64,000 bases of DNA, taken from NCBI GenBank assembly GCA_951406725.2, contig OX597833.1, positions 11,346,001 to 11,410,000 of the forward strand, in the 5' to 3' direction. Source of the stretch: Octopus vulgaris. Lineage: Eukaryota. The translations under genes were made by a program, and so were the position numbers. Below, piece after piece: positions 1-11,900 of this stretch. The notes beneath the pieces were generated by a model. It worked only from the letters and a program-made list of their open reading frames with translations, was not told where the DNA came from and did not search any database. Within the stretch, counting starts at the first letter, position 1. Each line of letters opens with the position of its first letter.

Positions 1-1000
1 CCAGGGCCGCCGAGAGCGCACCGGACGCCGCCCGAGACGCGGCGCTCTACAGGTACCATATCTGTATCTCCGGACAAACCGATTCCACGGACGCGGTCCT
101 TTGCGAAGAAGAGAGAACTCTTCCCGGGGCTCCCGGCAACGTCTCCGGGCTCGCTTGCGTTGCCGCTGCTTCGCCCGGCCGCCGACTTCGATGATGGACG
201 CGCTGCTAGGAAGAGCACGCCGCGTTCCTGCCGACGGACGGGCACTCTCCGAGTTTGGGTTCGGGAATATTAACCCGATTCCCTTTCGATGCGAGGCCCG
301 CCGCGTACTACGATGAACTGGAAGTTCTTTGTTTACAACGACGGATCCGGCGCCTTTCGTGGAAGCTTTCGCCCGCTTCTTAGGACCGACTGACCCGTGC
401 TCGACCGCCGTTGGCACGGAACCCTTCTCCACTTCGGTCTTCGAAGGTCTCGTTCGAATATTTGCTACTACCAACGAGATCTGCACCCGCGGTTGGCTTC
501 ACCCGGGCTCGCGCCCGCGGCTTCCATGCACGCCGCGGCGCCCTCCTACTCGACCGGGAATCGGAAAGTCGCCTCGCCGGCGTTCGCGCAACCTGTCGCC
601 CGGCCGGTCCGGCATCGGTCGCTCGCTCCAGCGCCATCCATTTTCGGGGCCGGTCGATTCGGCAGGTAAGTTGTTACACACTCCTGAGCGGATTCCGACT
701 TCCGTGGCCACCGTCCTGCTGTCTATATCGACCGACACCCTTTCGGGGATCTAATGGGCGAAGCGTAGGGCACCTTAGCCGGACGTTCGGTTCATCCCAC
801 ATCACCAGTTCTGCTTACCAAAAGTGGCCCACTTGGCACCGTGCATTCGTCGTCGCATAACGGCGGCGGCCTCCGATCGGGAGAGGAGCGGCCCGTTTCG
901 CCCGTTCCGAGTTCGAGAGTAGATCGAGGCCGTCAACGTCCCCGGGGCCTCCAGTCGTTCGCTTTACCGGACGGAATTGCGTGTCGTTCACCCGCTGGCG

Positions 1001-1043
<43 letters not shown>

Positions 1044-1527
1044 CGGCTCGATTGGTCTTTCGCCCCTACACCCGGTTCCGACGATCGATTTGCACGTCAG
1101 AGGCGCTTCGGACTTCCACCAGAGTTTCCTCTGGCTTCGTCCCGACCGGGCGTGGATCGCCATCTTTCGGGTCCCCGGCCGCCTGCTACACCTGAGTCGG
1201 AGCGGGAACGCGCGGACCCGACCCGGGAACGATGCTTCGAAGCGCCGTCCCACCAGAAGCGAGACGGCGACGTCGTGTCACGTTCTCGCTTTCGCTGTGC
1301 CGTCGGAGTTCGCGAAGTGAAAGGCTCCAACGACTCGCAGTCGACTGGGACTCCTCGGTCCGTGTTTCAAGACGGGTCGGGCAGGTTGCCGATGCTCGTC
1401 GCTGACCGGGGGCACCGGGCGGCTTTTCGGGCGGGGTGTCCCGCGACCGCAACGCGCGTCGCCCCCTTGCGAGGGATCAGCGCGGTCGCGGCGCGCGGGC
1501 GGCCGCGTCGCTCGCAGTCTCGGAAGC
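1..1527 (-). rRNA. 28S (LSU) rRNA fragment, roughly D2 to D7 region; 5'-truncated, probably a dispersed copy
   Basis: Reverse complements of universal LSU motifs: GCTATCCTGAGGGAAACTTCGG (~1004-1025), GGTCCGTGTTTCAAGACGGG (~1357-1376), GGGAATATTAACCCGATTCCCTTTCG. GC-rich sequence stops abruptly at ~1527 with no 5' 28S, ITS2 or 5.8S. Confidence 0.9.
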
Positions 1528-1854
1528 TGACAAATCGAGAACAATGTAATAATTTATGCGGTTTTAATCTCACAATTCGGATTCATAAAAGGACAGAAAG
1601 TGCATGAGGGCTTTACCGACAACAACAACAGCAACAACAAAAATAACTTCTATATGCACCATTGCGTTGGCCCTGAATGCGCATCAACAGTTTCCTATCT
1701 AGATTCAGTTCTCGTCTTATAAAAGGTATTAATCATCTACTTCAGAAATATCACAAAATGCACACCACCCAACTAACTATCTGTAGGTAATCATTCATGC
1801 ATGTTGGTGCGTGTGGAGTATTTCTCAGATAAATGACTAAGATATCGGTACGAA

Positions 1855-1910
<56 letters not shown>

Positions 1911-1958
1911 TATATATATATATATTCAAATATATCCATATGCATATACATATTATAT

Positions 1959-2098
1959 AGGCGCAGGAGTGGCTGTGTGGTAAGTAGCATGGTTCCGGGT
2001 TCAGTCCCCACTGCGTGGCATCTGGGGCAGGTGTCTTCTGGGCCGACCAAAGCTTTGTGAGTGGATTTGGTAGACGGAAACTGAAAGAAGCCTGTCGT

Positions 2099-2161
<63 letters not shown>

Positions 2162-2381
2162 ATGTATATGTTTGTTTGTCTGTGTTTGTCCCTCTAGCAT
2201 TGCTTGACAACAGATGCTGGTGTGTTTAAGTCCCCGTCACTTAGCGGTTAGGCAAAAAGAGACTGATAGAATAAGTATTGGGCTTCCAAAGAATAAGTCC
2301 CAGGGTCTAGTTGTTCGACTAAAGGTGGTGCTCCAGCATGGCCGCAGTCAAATGACTGAAACAAGTAAAAGAGTAAAAAAA
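1959..2381 (+). mobile_element. tRNA-derived SINE (octopus-type family) with internal (TA)n
   Basis: Head AGGCGCAGGAGTGGCTGTGTGGTAAG...GGGTTCAGTCCC with Pol III A/B-box-like motifs and a GTAAAAGA-type tail; same family at 3305-3734 and 28535-28700. Confidence 0.85.
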
Positions 2382-3175
2382 TGAGTATATACTTATATAT
2401 ATATATATACGGGTGCGGGCGTATCGGTGTTTCCGCCAGCACCGTTTCACCATCGGTGTTGTTATGTTTACATCCCCGTAACTTAGTGGCCCTGCGTAAG
2501 AAAATGATACAGTAAATACCAGGCTTACAACGAAAATAGACCTTGAGGGAGTTTAGTTCCCTTAAAAACTGGTCCAGGCGGCAGTCTAATGAATGAAACA
2601 GACAAAAAGAAATCTATCTGTCTATGTATGTATGTATATAAGTATGTATGTATGTATGTAATCATCTATCTATCAATACATATATATATATATAAACACA
2701 CACATGCATGAATGCATGCATCCATGCATACATAAATATATATATTCATACATTCATACATACGAAGATACACATACATACATGTGCGTGTATATACGTA
2801 TATATGCAAGTATTCATCTATCTATTAATACACACACGCACACATATACATATATACATGCATACCTACATTTATACATTCATACATGTAAAGATACACT
2901 CACACAAACATATGCTTGCACGTATGTACGTTTGTACATATGTATGTATGTATGTAAGTATATATGTATGTATGTATATATATGTGTGTGTGTGTATATA
3001 TGTGTGTGTGTGTATATATGTGTGTGTATATATGTGTGGGTGGGTGGGAATTGGTAGGTTTTGATTTTCATATTCACATAAAACTTTTCTAATCAGATTA
3101 ACGCTTCTTGTGAAGAATCCAAACCGAACATTAGACTTCATTAGATTAAGTCTTGCGATTACTGTGTATGTGTGC

Positions 3176-3274
<99 letters not shown>

Positions 3275-3304
3275 TGTGTATTTGTTGGTTGAACGAAATA
3301 TTCT

Positions 3305-3734
3305 CACTCTTTTACTCTTTACTCTTTTACTTGTTGCAGTCATTTGACTGCGGCCATGCTAGAGCACCGCCTTTACTCGAGCATATCGACCCCGGGACTT
3401 ATTCCTTGTAAGCCCTGTACTTATTCTATCGATCTCTTATTGCCGAACGGCTAAGTGACGGGGACGTAAACACACAAGCATCGGTTGTCAAGCGATGGTG
3501 GGGGGGACAAACACTGACACACAAACATATGCCCACACATACATATATATATATATATACATATATACATATATTCGACAGGCTTCTTTCAGTTACCGTC
3601 TACCAACTCCACTCAAAAGTCATTGGTCGGCCCGAGGCTACAGCAGAAGACACATGCCCAAGATGCCGAGCAGTGAGACAGAACCCGGAACCATGTGGTT
3701 GGTAAGCAAGCTACTTACCACACAGCCACTCCTG
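3305..3734 (-). mobile_element. tRNA-derived SINE, same family, inserted upstream of exon 1 of gene A
   Basis: Reverse complement of 1959-2381; absent from the paralogous flank at 36143-36186. Confidence 0.85.
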
Positions 3735-4119
3735 AATATTAAAACAGCTTCCCAAGAATAACAAAGAAAATTAAATAACAACATTAGTAAATAAATATAT
3801 CATAATATATCCAGAAACAGGAATCATTTCACTTTACACGTGTCTCTCATTCATCAAAATATTTTGCTAATTATTGTGTGACAATATCAAACCATCTCTT
3901 TCCAATAATTAAACCTGTCAGACAAGTTCACACCCACTTTTACAGTTCCACCAATCGCATTGGTTCTTAAATTTACGATAAGATCTATGCCAGAGCTGGG
4001 TTGTTGTGCGCTCAATAAATACGTGGAATTCAGTTACAGGTCTTCAGCTTAAACCTCGCATCTCGATCTTTTGTTGAAGCCACACGAAGTATCACTTACG
4101 ACCGACAACTGTCACCAGA

Positions 4120-4263
4120 ATGGATTTCGCACAACAGTTCAGGAATATTTCGCAGCGTTATTCCATTTCTTCTCTCATAACTTTTGGGGTTCTTCTCGTT
4201 CTGACGATCGTCAATCTTCATCAAGATTCAAGAATAGGAAAAATGGAAGAGAAATCGAAAACG
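4120..4263 (+). CDS. Gene A exon 1 (48 aa, hydrophobic signal/anchor) of a short-chain-collagen-C4-like protein
   Basis: ATG at 4120, MDFAQQ...FGVLLVLTIV...EEKSKT, then GTAAGT donor at 4264 (phase 0). Near-identical paralog at 36553; phase fits exon 2. Confidence 0.75.
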
Positions 4264-4509
4264 GTAAGTCATGGATTTTGTGTTAATATATGTATGTCTT
4301 TATGTATTTATATATGCATGTATGTATGTATGCATTTACGTATGTATGTATTAATATGTGGATGTATGTACGTACCGATGGATGGATGGATGGATGTAAG
4401 GATGTATGCATGAACCATGTACATATGTTCCTATACAGCACACACACACGTACGATCCATCACACACGTATACACATAAAATAACACAGGCGCACACACC
4501 TAAACATAC

Positions 4510-4558
<49 letters not shown>

Positions 4559-4704
4559 GTTTAAATATTTGTTGTGCAAGATTTTTTATGTGAAGTCGTG
4601 TGTTGAAACAGATATTGTTATATTTCGGAATGGTCATATTGACATATTTGGTGTTATTTTGCTTCAGTGTTATTTATTTTTTACATTAATCTTAATCTTA
4701 TTTC

Positions 4705-4749
4705 GGCCAGAGTTCTTTCGTCACACTCCTGTGACCGCATCAGTGGTCC
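4705..4749 (-). ncRNA. Minimal type I hammerhead-like motif (probable Penelope terminal repeat)
   Basis: Minus strand CCA-CUGAUGCG-GUCACA-GGAG-UGUGAC-GAAA-GAAC-UC-UGG: stem I CCA/UGG, 6-bp stem II, one core deviation (A9 to C). Confidence 0.55.
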
Positions 4750-5159
4750 TTTGATTTCTTCTTTCTTATTTGTGTCTCTCCTTACTAACCGTAAGCCTTT
4801 TTGTATTTCTATTGTATGTCTTCATTTGCGCATGCTTATATCTCTATGTGCGTCTATGTTTATATAGTGTGTGTATGTGGGGGGATGCCTGTAATATTTC
4901 TATCTTCTGTTTATATACGTTCATGTAATTTGTATTTTGTTTTGTTGTTGTTGTTTTTGTTTATTCTTATTTTGTTCATGTGTTTACATCTACTTATTAT
5001 TATCATTACATATGCTTGTATGTATGTATGTATGTATAACAACAATACTAGTAATAACAATAATAAATCGAATTGAAAAAAAAATATATATATACATATA
5101 TATACACACACATATATATATACATACATATATATATATACATTTATATATATATATAT

Positions 5160-6958
5160 ATAGTTATTTATTTATATTTGTTTATTTATCTGTGTATTTA
5201 TTATGTTTTCTGGATCCTCTATCGTCACATGTTGTGGTGTGTTAGTGCTCCATTCTAGTTTTCTATTCAGGCTACGTTTATTTTCTATTATGTGTGTAGC
5301 TTCTGTAATTTGTCTAATTGTTGCATCTGTTCTATGTGTGGACAATATTTTAATTTGTATGTTATTGATTGATCCCCCGTGTTTCTGTTCGGCGTGTTGG
5401 TACAGAATCGATGAGCTTTTACCTTCCTTGAGTTGTCTCCAATGTCCATTTACCCGCTCTCCTATGCTTCTTGCCGTTTCCCCTACGTATGTCGTCTTGT
5501 TACTGCATCGTCCCTCTATACATCTTATACTATAGACTACATTCCTGGCTTTACAGTTTGTTTGTGGGCTAAATCTACATACAGTACAGTACTTATCCGT
5601 ACTGGGGGTTCTACTAAAAGGATAGGTTCTACCAATTATAGATTTGATAGGGTTGCCTGGCTTTTCAACAACGTTAATTCTTAGCTTCAGTTTGTCTAGG
5701 GTCCTTCTAAAGCGGTACGCCAGTTCACCTCCAGGGGTGGTGTCAACGAACATGACACTCTGGTATTTATGGTTATCATACCATAAGTTGGCCTTCCCTA
5801 TTTTCTTTTTGTCCTTTCTATAGTGTTCCATGACTTGTTCCTATAGAGTGGGCAAATCCCATTCCTATCATTACATAATATATTATCAAATTTCTTCATG
5901 GCTCCTTTGTATACTCTGATCCTTTCTTTATGGATGTAACCTGAGAACTGCATGCGGTGAATGAAATATCGTATGTGTTTCTTTAACTCTGTGGGCTCGC
6001 ACATGCGTGACACATTTCTCATTATTCTGAAGAGGTCTGCCATCAAAATATTGAATTTGGCATTGTCCGCAATGGCTGAGTTCCGGTGGATCAAGTATTT
6101 TGAGGCCATAGGTTTGGCATAGTATGAATGAAGGATTTGGGTTTTATTATTCACAATTTCTAGCCAGAGTTCAGTGTCTAGCACTGGTAGTCTATGGTTG
6201 GGGTGTTTAGTGGGGTAGTCTATTGTAACCTTAATACTCTGGAGGATGGAGTTATGTATTTGCTGGATACTCTCCATAGTATTAGTTTCTATTTCTCTTT
6301 CAAGAGTACTCTCTTGTGGAGGTGCCTTTACCACTATGTTGATATCATCAACATAGCGAGAGTACATGTTTACGAGTATGGAGTTCTGTGTTAGGCGTTC
6401 TTTAAGCCTTCTGTCCCACCATACCATGGAAAGGTTAGCCACATCACCAGCGATACTAACGCCGATAGCTGCCCCCTCGTCCTAGGCATATATTTTATTA
6501 TTAAACTTAAACGTGTGGCCTTTTAGGGTAACTCTTATACTAGCTCCTAGTGCATGTGCGATCATTTTCTTTACCTGTTGGACATTTGCGGGGCTCCGTA
6601 TGGCTCTGGTCCATCCGCGCCATCTTTCTATATGTGTCTTCCTAGCCATAGACGTAATTGTGGGCGGTCTACCTCTTAAACATCTACTGGGGCAGAAACT
6701 ACTAAGATTATGCTTATCTAAGTATTCATTATTACATGTCAGTCTAAGTAGGAGGCCCAGTTCTTCTGTGTTGACATTACGGAACTCCACCTGGCTCTCG
6801 TTGATCATCTCCACGCACTTCTCCACCGCAAAATCTACGTCGATCGATGGGTATAGGGATACCACATCCATGCTACCCACCATACATCCTGTCAGGTCAT
6901 AAGTGTTGTTACAGTCATTGATCCTGCTGAGGAGATCTTATGTGCTGTCACAAACATC
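5160..6958 (-). mobile_element. Penelope-like element (RT + GIY-YIG endonuclease), 5'-truncated and degenerate
   Basis: ORFs 6482-6883 (SMDVVSLYPSI), 5798-6442 (RYVDDI), 5172-5831 (VVYSIRC...YVGETARSIGERVNGH...EATHI...LN); interrupted by stops and a frameshift. Confidence 0.9.
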
Positions 6959-8705
6959 AATTTTATATTTACCTGGTAACTTCGAATTATCAATCGCTGA
7001 TAACCCAGCCTCGGCCTGTTTCATAATTTCAATCCCACGACTTCTGTCTGACAATGTTCCAGCGTATACTCGTCCCAAGCTCTTGACGGGCTCTTCCTTG
7101 ACTGTTGGAATGCTTTCTTCAGATATTCGAAACTTAAATTCTTTCTGCACTCCCTTAACAAATGTCAGACTACGCGACTTTTTTGCTCTAAATCGCATCC
7201 TTGACCACCTTACAAGTTCGTCTAATCTCAAGAGGGCATTCTGCATGATTTTTTCATCTGTAGCTAGAAGTGTCACGTCATCCATGAAGGCTTTCTTAGG
7301 CGATTGTACCTGGGCGATTTGTTCCGAAAAATCTACACCTTCCGAAATCAACTCCATGACTAAGATAAACCACGTGACAGATATCGTACAGCCAGCAGCA
7401 ATGCCAACTTCCAATCGGTGCCAATTTGTTGTAAAATTTCCAGTCGTAAACCTCATTTCGAAACTGTCATAGTACATCCTCATTATTTTGATCACTTTGT
7501 CAGGAATGTGGAAGTGGTCCATGGCTGTTATTAGTAATTTGTGTAAATATGCCACTGTTCTCCTCGACAGAATTCCCATAAAGATCTTGCCTTGTAGGTA
7601 TCCTTGATATGAGCATCCAATTCTTCTTTAGTGCACGATAAAGTGCCACTCTTCGGTTCAGTGAATAGCTTCTTAGTAAACCCGTACGGGTCCTTCAGAA
7701 ACTGCCCCCGAGTCCTTTTACTTTCTTTTCGACGCTCATATCGGCGGATATGTCGTTGCACATAACGACATTTCCTCTTCAAATCGTTATACAGCAGCGC
7801 AAGGCCAGGTTTCTCATCTAGTGCAGCACATCTCCATCGCTTTCTTAAGTCGGACTTTTCCTTCCTCAACTGCTGCATTTTTCTGATCCTCCTGCTTGGT
7901 CCACACTTTCCTTTCTCTAGCCGGATATTCTCTTTTATTCCAAATAAATCTTTTCCTATATCGTATACTGAGCTTGATAATTTGCCCAGTTTCTCCACTG
8001 TAGAGTCTGTCATTTTATAAAGAGCCCGACAAACCTTGTTTTCAAACTCTTTATATTTCACTTTCTCATTAGCAGCAGGCCACAAAACCCTCGGTTTCCT
8101 CTGAGTATTATCCGATGCACCAGTTTCATGACTTGTAGTTTCATCACGCGAAGAGGTCTCTGCTGTAGCATTTATCGATCCGCTGTGGTTTGAGTCCGGG
8201 GATGATTTACCACGTGTTTTACGATCTGACGATCCACACTGCTCTGTCCTCTTCTCACAAGTCTTTCCCTGATGTATCTTCAAGCTTCTCACAGTTGCAA
8301 AGGTTCTACAGCACAGCTTGCATCCAAAGTTGTTTGCATTTCGTTCGCTGTTCGAATGAATAACCGCACTCATTTCCAAGGTCATTTCCGTGCTGACTGG
8401 GTTTGATTGATTCTCGATTCTCCCCTCTCGGTCGATCGTGGGGCTGTCATATCCATTCATATCTGTTACAATATATTACAAAGGCGAGGATCGTAAGTCG
8501 CAGCCTCCACCAGTCTTTCCTGGTGTCGATAGTCTTTCCTATTGTCCGCTCGTCTTTCCGAGCAGTCCTCTTGTCTTTCCAAGATGCCTAACCGTCTTTC
8601 CGGTTTGTCAGTGGTTCCCTACCACAAGGTCTTAGATGTCTTGCAAACAACTTGCACATGCAAGTGCTACCAGTTAAAAGCTCCGTATACCGGAAGCTAG
8701 CAAGT
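6959..8705 (-). mobile_element. HERO-like (RLE-class) non-LTR retrotransposon, copy 2: 5' UTR, zinc finger and internally deleted RT; 3'-truncated
   Basis: CKLCCRTF...LKIHQGKTC finger, WPAAN and FLKDPYGFTKKL motifs, GIAAGCTIS...AFMDDVT...FRAKKSRSL RT motifs; internal deletions near 7594 and 7543. Confidence 0.8.
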
Positions 8706-8998
8706 GTATGGGGTCATCAGGAGAGATTGCGCGCCGTTTCGGGGCCTACCTCTCGACGGCATCAATGCGCACCGGCCCGCCTCACTGATATGAGGCCCCG
8801 CTTGCTAGATCAGCTGGTTATGAAGAACTCAATATACTTCTAGCCATCACTCATCGTCTCTTTTTAACCAAATCCAGTGGCTAGCCTTCTCCACTGTAGA
8901 TTGGATATCAGTCATGATGGTATTGACTTTACGATGAGTTAGGCCTAGCGATAACAACAGTCGTCTCACGCTGTGTCCAACAAACCCTCTACATCCAA
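8706..8998 (-). mobile_element. HERO-like copy 1, C-terminal end of the RLE ORF plus 3' UTR
   Basis: Minus strand from 8996 translates GCRGFVGHSVRRLLLSLGL...EKASHWIWLKR, continuing the PIEVG motif at ~14095. Confidence 0.8.
8714..8799 (-). ncRNA. Rearranged (non-circularly permuted) hammerhead ribozyme candidate
   Basis: GCCGUC/GAAACGGC (stem III with GUC site), GAGAGGU/AUCUCUC-CUGAUGA (stem I with core), GGGGCCU/AGGCCCC-GAAA (stem II); all core nucleotides present, in non-canonical order. Confidence 0.6.
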
Positions 8999-11900
8999 TT
9001 TCTTTATTAGCCACATGGGCCCAAACATAGAGGGGGACAATACAGCCTGATTGGGGTCAGACACTCAATGATTATATGACTTTTAAAATTTTACAAAATA
9101 TAATGAAATCGAATGAAATCGAATGAGATACAAAAAGGACGAAATACACACATGAGATGAAGCAGAGAGATGGCTTACGCTCCGACCCCACGAGCCCCAT
9201 TCTCCTACTGAAACATTTGTATGCAGACTTATGACATGTTCATGAGGAATCTTTCATTCCCAGCACCCTCGCAACATGCAACCATCTTTCTTTGAACATT
9301 TTCTTTGACAGGCATCTTCTTTCCAGCCTCACCTTCCTTTTAAGGAGGAAGATAAAATATCTCACCAACCCGAGACCGGAGATGAGGTTGCCTGTCGCCA
9401 AACCTTTCATTCGCGACTTCCATACCACCTCTTTCGCTATTGCTACTACTGCGAGAAAACATTGCTTATCTTCTTTCGTGAGGAAATCCGGCGGGTCAAT
9501 TTTTACAATTGACTCAGACGACAGCTGTACTCTTCCCGAACCTGACAGCAGATGTTCTGCATAAACCCACACTTCAGACACTCCCGAACACTGAACAATA
9601 GCGTGCAGGCCAGTTTCCCTATCCCGTCCGCATCTTGGACAGTCGGCAGTGGTGGTTCGACCGTGTCCTGCGAGCTTATCCCGAACGGGTAAGGCTCCTC
9701 GGTAACATTGCCAGGCCAGGGATTTTTGGAAATTATCCAAACACCCCGGCCCAAACGTCCTTCGGAACAGACTGTCTAACTAGTTATCTCCGAGACTTAG
9801 GGTTTCCTCTAGGGTATCGTCGTTCCCAGCCTCTACCAACCTGCTATAGAAAAATGTGGTGGTACCAAAACCGCTAGCATTACCCGAGCGATGGAACTGT
9901 AGGAGTGCTTTACGGCACTCCGTAAACCATGTACCCAACCTCGTTCTACGAAGGAACCAGCTTTCTTGTCCACTAAAACTTGTGAACCTGGGAAACATCC
10001 GTTTCGCGAGCGGAGACCACACCTGTTAACCATTCAGGAGTAGCCAGAGATACCTGAACCTCAGCGCATGTTTGCACATCAACAGCCAAGGCATCCCCAG
10101 TCCCCCATTCAACGGCTTTTGGCAGCAGATAGAACGCCTCACTAGAGGAGTGGTGCCCTTCCACAAAAAGCGGAAGATCTGCTTCTCCAGCTTGCTCAAC
10201 CACGAACCGGGACAGGGCACGACGGTTAGGCGGTAAATGATGACCGATGCGATAAACACATTGGCCACCTCCGCCCTCCCTTTCAAGGATAGCCACCGCC
10301 AAGACCAGGTCTTGACTATGCAGGTCACCTTGCTCAATACCTCTGCCCAGTTCTTTTCTACCTGGAGGTATGGTCTAAACCATACCCCTAGCAGCTTAAC
10401 CGGGCCCTCCGTCCAACGTCCCACGACGCTATCCAAAGGCATCGACTTGCCCCTCCAGGTGCCGAGTTGCAAGCCGACTGACTTTTCCCGGTTAATCTTT
10501 GCTCCTGCCACCGTCTCGTAAACCTTAATTGTTTCACGTACCCTCTGTAGGTGTTCCATCTTGGTTACAAGAATGGTGATGTCATCCGCATATGCTGAAA
10601 CCGACTCTCCAACAGCCGGCCCCCTCGGGATGCCGCTCAACTTTTGCAGTAACGGCTCTAGGGCCATCACATACAAAAGTGGCGAAAGCGGACATCCTTG
10701 GCGAACCGAGCGCTTCATAGAGAACGGCCTAGAAAGAAATCCGTTCACCCGAACGATCGAATCGATGTTGTCGTATAATTGGATTATCCACCTAAAGAAG
10801 CCAAGACCCAGCCCGAACTGTGCTAACACGGACACCAGGTATCGTTAGTCAACCCTACCGAATGCTTTTGACTGGTCTAAATGGACCAAAATCACTACCA
10901 GAATCACTACCAAACCCTTCTAAGGTATAGCGTATAAGATGGAGATTGTCCTGAATGCTTCTGCCGGGGACGGCACAGGTTTTTGCCTTGCCGATCAGAG
11001 TATTCGCGACCTGCCCCAATCTTTTTGCTAGTACCTTGGCCAAAATCTTCACCTCTGCGTTTAACAGAGTGATGGGCCTAAAGTTGTCTATCTTATCTCC
11101 CTTGTTTGGGTCCTTCCTGACCACAGTCACCACTCCCCTGCGTACAGATCTGGGAATCGACCCATTCTACTGCCAGTTATCGTAAACCCCGGCCAGAATT
11201 TGCCCATACAAGTCTGGCATACTTTTGTACATTTCATAAGGCAAACCACCAAGTCCCGGCGCCCTACCAGCTTTACAGTTCGTTATAGCCTCTCTCACCT
11301 CCTGAGGTGTTATCGGACCCTCACAGCACTCAGCATCCTGCCCCGAGAGACGCGGCAGCCCGGCAAGGAAGTCCGAAAGGTCCAACCTACCATCCGGTCC
11401 ATTGCCCCTCCCGAAAAGCTGTACAAAGTGCTCCTGAAAAGCCTGACACATCTCATCGGGTTCGTTCACAATCTCGCCTTGTAGATTCTCCACAGATCGA
11501 ATTGTAGAATCATTTCCACGTTGGGTTTCCATCACCCGAGCCCATCCAGCGGCATTGATCCCCTCACTCCCCATTGCACGAAGTCTAGCCCTGATAATGC
11601 ATCCCATGTGTTTGGCCTCGAGGTGCTGGTTTAATTCCAGTCTCTTAGCCTTCGCCTGAGCAGCACTACCAGTCAACCCTGCTTCCTCTAATTCCTTAAC
11701 CAGTTCTAGTTCCCTCTTACGCTCTCTAGCCACTAAACCTATGCTATATCTAACAGACTCAAATTTAATGGCTCTTTTGAGGGCGTACCACCATTTATTA
11801 TTAATGATGGTACCAGTTAAAGCCCTCTGTATCAGTAACTTAATCCGGCTTCTGTACTCTTCGTTCGCCAAATGGGACTTATTGAGTTTCTAGTAACCGG

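Noticed and set aside
101-1607. Overlapping Arg/Pro-rich ORFs
   Set aside because: Spurious frames in GC-rich rDNA.
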